Part shown: piece by piece, positions 62,646 through 64,000 of the stretch
Position numbering within the stretch: the first letter of the stretch is position 1
Layout: every line of letters begins with the position of its first letter
From: Eledone cirrhosa
Lineage: Eukaryota
Assembly: GCA_964016885.1 (NCBI GenBank)
Contig: OZ024740.1
Coordinates: 371,566,001-371,630,000, forward strand
Reading direction: 5' to 3'
DNA length: 64,000 nt
The notes under the pieces: model-generated
What the model saw: only the letters and a program-made list of their open reading frames with translations
Databases searched by the model: none
Told to the model about the DNA's origin: nothing
Position numbers and translations under genes: made by a program

Positions 62646-64000
62646 CTATATTCCATCATTCATTATATTCCATCTTTCACTATATTCCATCTTTCACTGT
62701 ATTCCATAATTCATTATATTCCATCTTTCACTATATTCCATCATTCACTATATTCCATCTTTCATTATATTCCACTTTTCACTATATTCCATCTTTCACT
62801 ATATTCCATCTTTCACTATATTCCATCTTTCATTATATTCCATCTTTCACTATATTCCATCTTTCACTATATTCCATCTTTCACTATATTCCATCTTTCA
62901 CTATATTTCATCTTTCACTATATTCCATCTTTCACTATATTCCATCTTTCACTATATTCCATAATTCATTATATTCCATCTTTCACTATATTCCATCTTT
63001 CACTATATTCCATCTTTCACTATATTCCATCTTTCACTATATTCCATCTTTCACTATATTCCATAATTCATTATATTCCATCTTTCACTATATTTCATCT
63101 TTCACTATATTCCATCTTTCACTATATTCCATCTTTCACTATATTCCATCATTCACTATATTCCATCTTTCACTATATTCCATCTTTCACTATATTCCAT
63201 CATTCACTATATTCCATCTTTCACTATATTCCATCTTTCACTATATTCCATCTTTCACTATATTCCATCATTCACTATATTCCATCTTTCACTATATTCC
63301 ATCATTCACTATATTCCATCTTTCACTCTATTCCATCTTTCACTATATTCCATCTTTCACTATATTCCATCTTTCACTATATTCCATCTTTCACTATATT
63401 CCATAATTCATTATATTCCATCATTCACTATATTCCATCTTTCACTATATTCCATCTTTCACTATATTCCATAATTCATTATATTCCATCTTTCACTATA
63501 TTTCATCTTTCACTATATTCCATCTTTCACTATATTCCATCTTTCACTATATTCCATCTTTCACTATATTCCATCTTTCACTATATTCCATCTTTCACTA
63601 TATTCCATCTTTCACTATATTCCATCTTTCACTATATTCCATCTTTCACTATATTCCATAATTCATTATATTCCATCTTTCACTATATTTCATCTTTCAC
63701 TATATTCCATCTTTCACTATATTCCATCTTTCACTATATTCCATCATTCACTATATTCCATCTTTCACTATATTCCATCTTTCACCATATTCCATAATTC
63801 ATTATATTCCATCTTTCACTATATTCCATCTTTCACTATATTCCATCTTTCACTGTATTCCATAATTCATTATATTCCATCTTTCACTATATTCCATCAT
63901 TCACTATATTCCATCTTTCATTATATTCCACTTTTCACTATATTCCATCTTTCACTATATTCCATCTTTCACTATATTGCATCTTTCATTATATTCCATC

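Larger units (their letters stand above)
56300..62860. repeat. Tandem duplication of a 3264-bp (192x17) unit carrying the SINE
   Basis: The SINE copies, the CCAAATTTC marker (57317/60581) and ORF stops (56759/60023) are all offset by 3264. The match breaks down near 56293 on the left and 62900 on the right. Confidence 0.9.
1..64000. repeat. 17-bp tandem satellite array, consensus TATATTCCATCTTTCAC (minus strand GTGAAAGATGGAATATA), about 3,740 monomers, running off both window ends
   Basis: The monomer is directly visible throughout in one orientation. Common variants are CAC>CAT, CTTT>CATT, CTTT>ATTT and CATAATTCATT. It is interrupted only by two 186-bp inserts and a short degenerate patch near 1 kb. 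Confidence 0.99.

Noticed and set aside
59322-63797. ORFs 59322-60023 and 62586-63797 with a unique N-terminus MHWVIAGLVPKVET
   Set aside because: The ATG lies in the SINE 3' region and reads into the satellite. Nothing supports coding function.
1-64000. Human satellite II/III or heat-shock-element array (ATTCC, GAA motifs)
   Set aside because: The period is 17, not 5. GAA motifs are all on one strand at 8/9-bp spacing rather than alternating nGAAn inverted units.
1-64000. Telomeric repeat or G-quadruplex array
   Set aside because: The minus strand has only one GG per monomer. HOR structure, many variants and a SINE insertion argue against telomerase-templated repeats.
1-64000. Monomer variants as an information-bearing code or antigenic-variation cassette system
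   Set aside because: The variant order is explained by nested tandem duplications at multiples of 17. There is no expression site, recombinase or other machinery in the window.

Overview
The window is almost entirely one head-to-tail 17-bp satellite array (consensus TATATTCCATCTTTCAC on +, about 3,740 monomers, + strand almost G-free), which is typical of eukaryotic heterochromatin. No credible protein-coding gene is present. The ORF track is an artefact: the consensus monomer has no stop codon in any + frame and 17 is not a multiple of 3, so every frame gives the same 17-aa repeat. Rare monomer variants reveal nested higher-order repeats (HORs) with periods that are multiples of 17, give or take 1 bp where a visible indel lies (about 1.1, 1.7, 2.1, 2.8-3.5, 5.5 and 6.5 kb), and two variant domains that switch at about 23-25 kb. 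The only non-satellite DNA is two identical 186-bp tRNA-derived SINE copies (59178-59363 and 62442-62627) with Pol III A/B boxes and 18-bp target-site duplications. From memory they resemble octopus SINEs, which would make the host a cephalopod (unverified). The second copy arose through a 3264-bp array duplication. The most notable observations are that SINE plus TSD equals exactly 12 monomers and so keeps the array in phase, that Pol III could read through into the satellite, that a palindromic monomer variant recurs, and that there is a degenerate phase-shifting junction near 1 kb. I see no evidence of a novel gene system.
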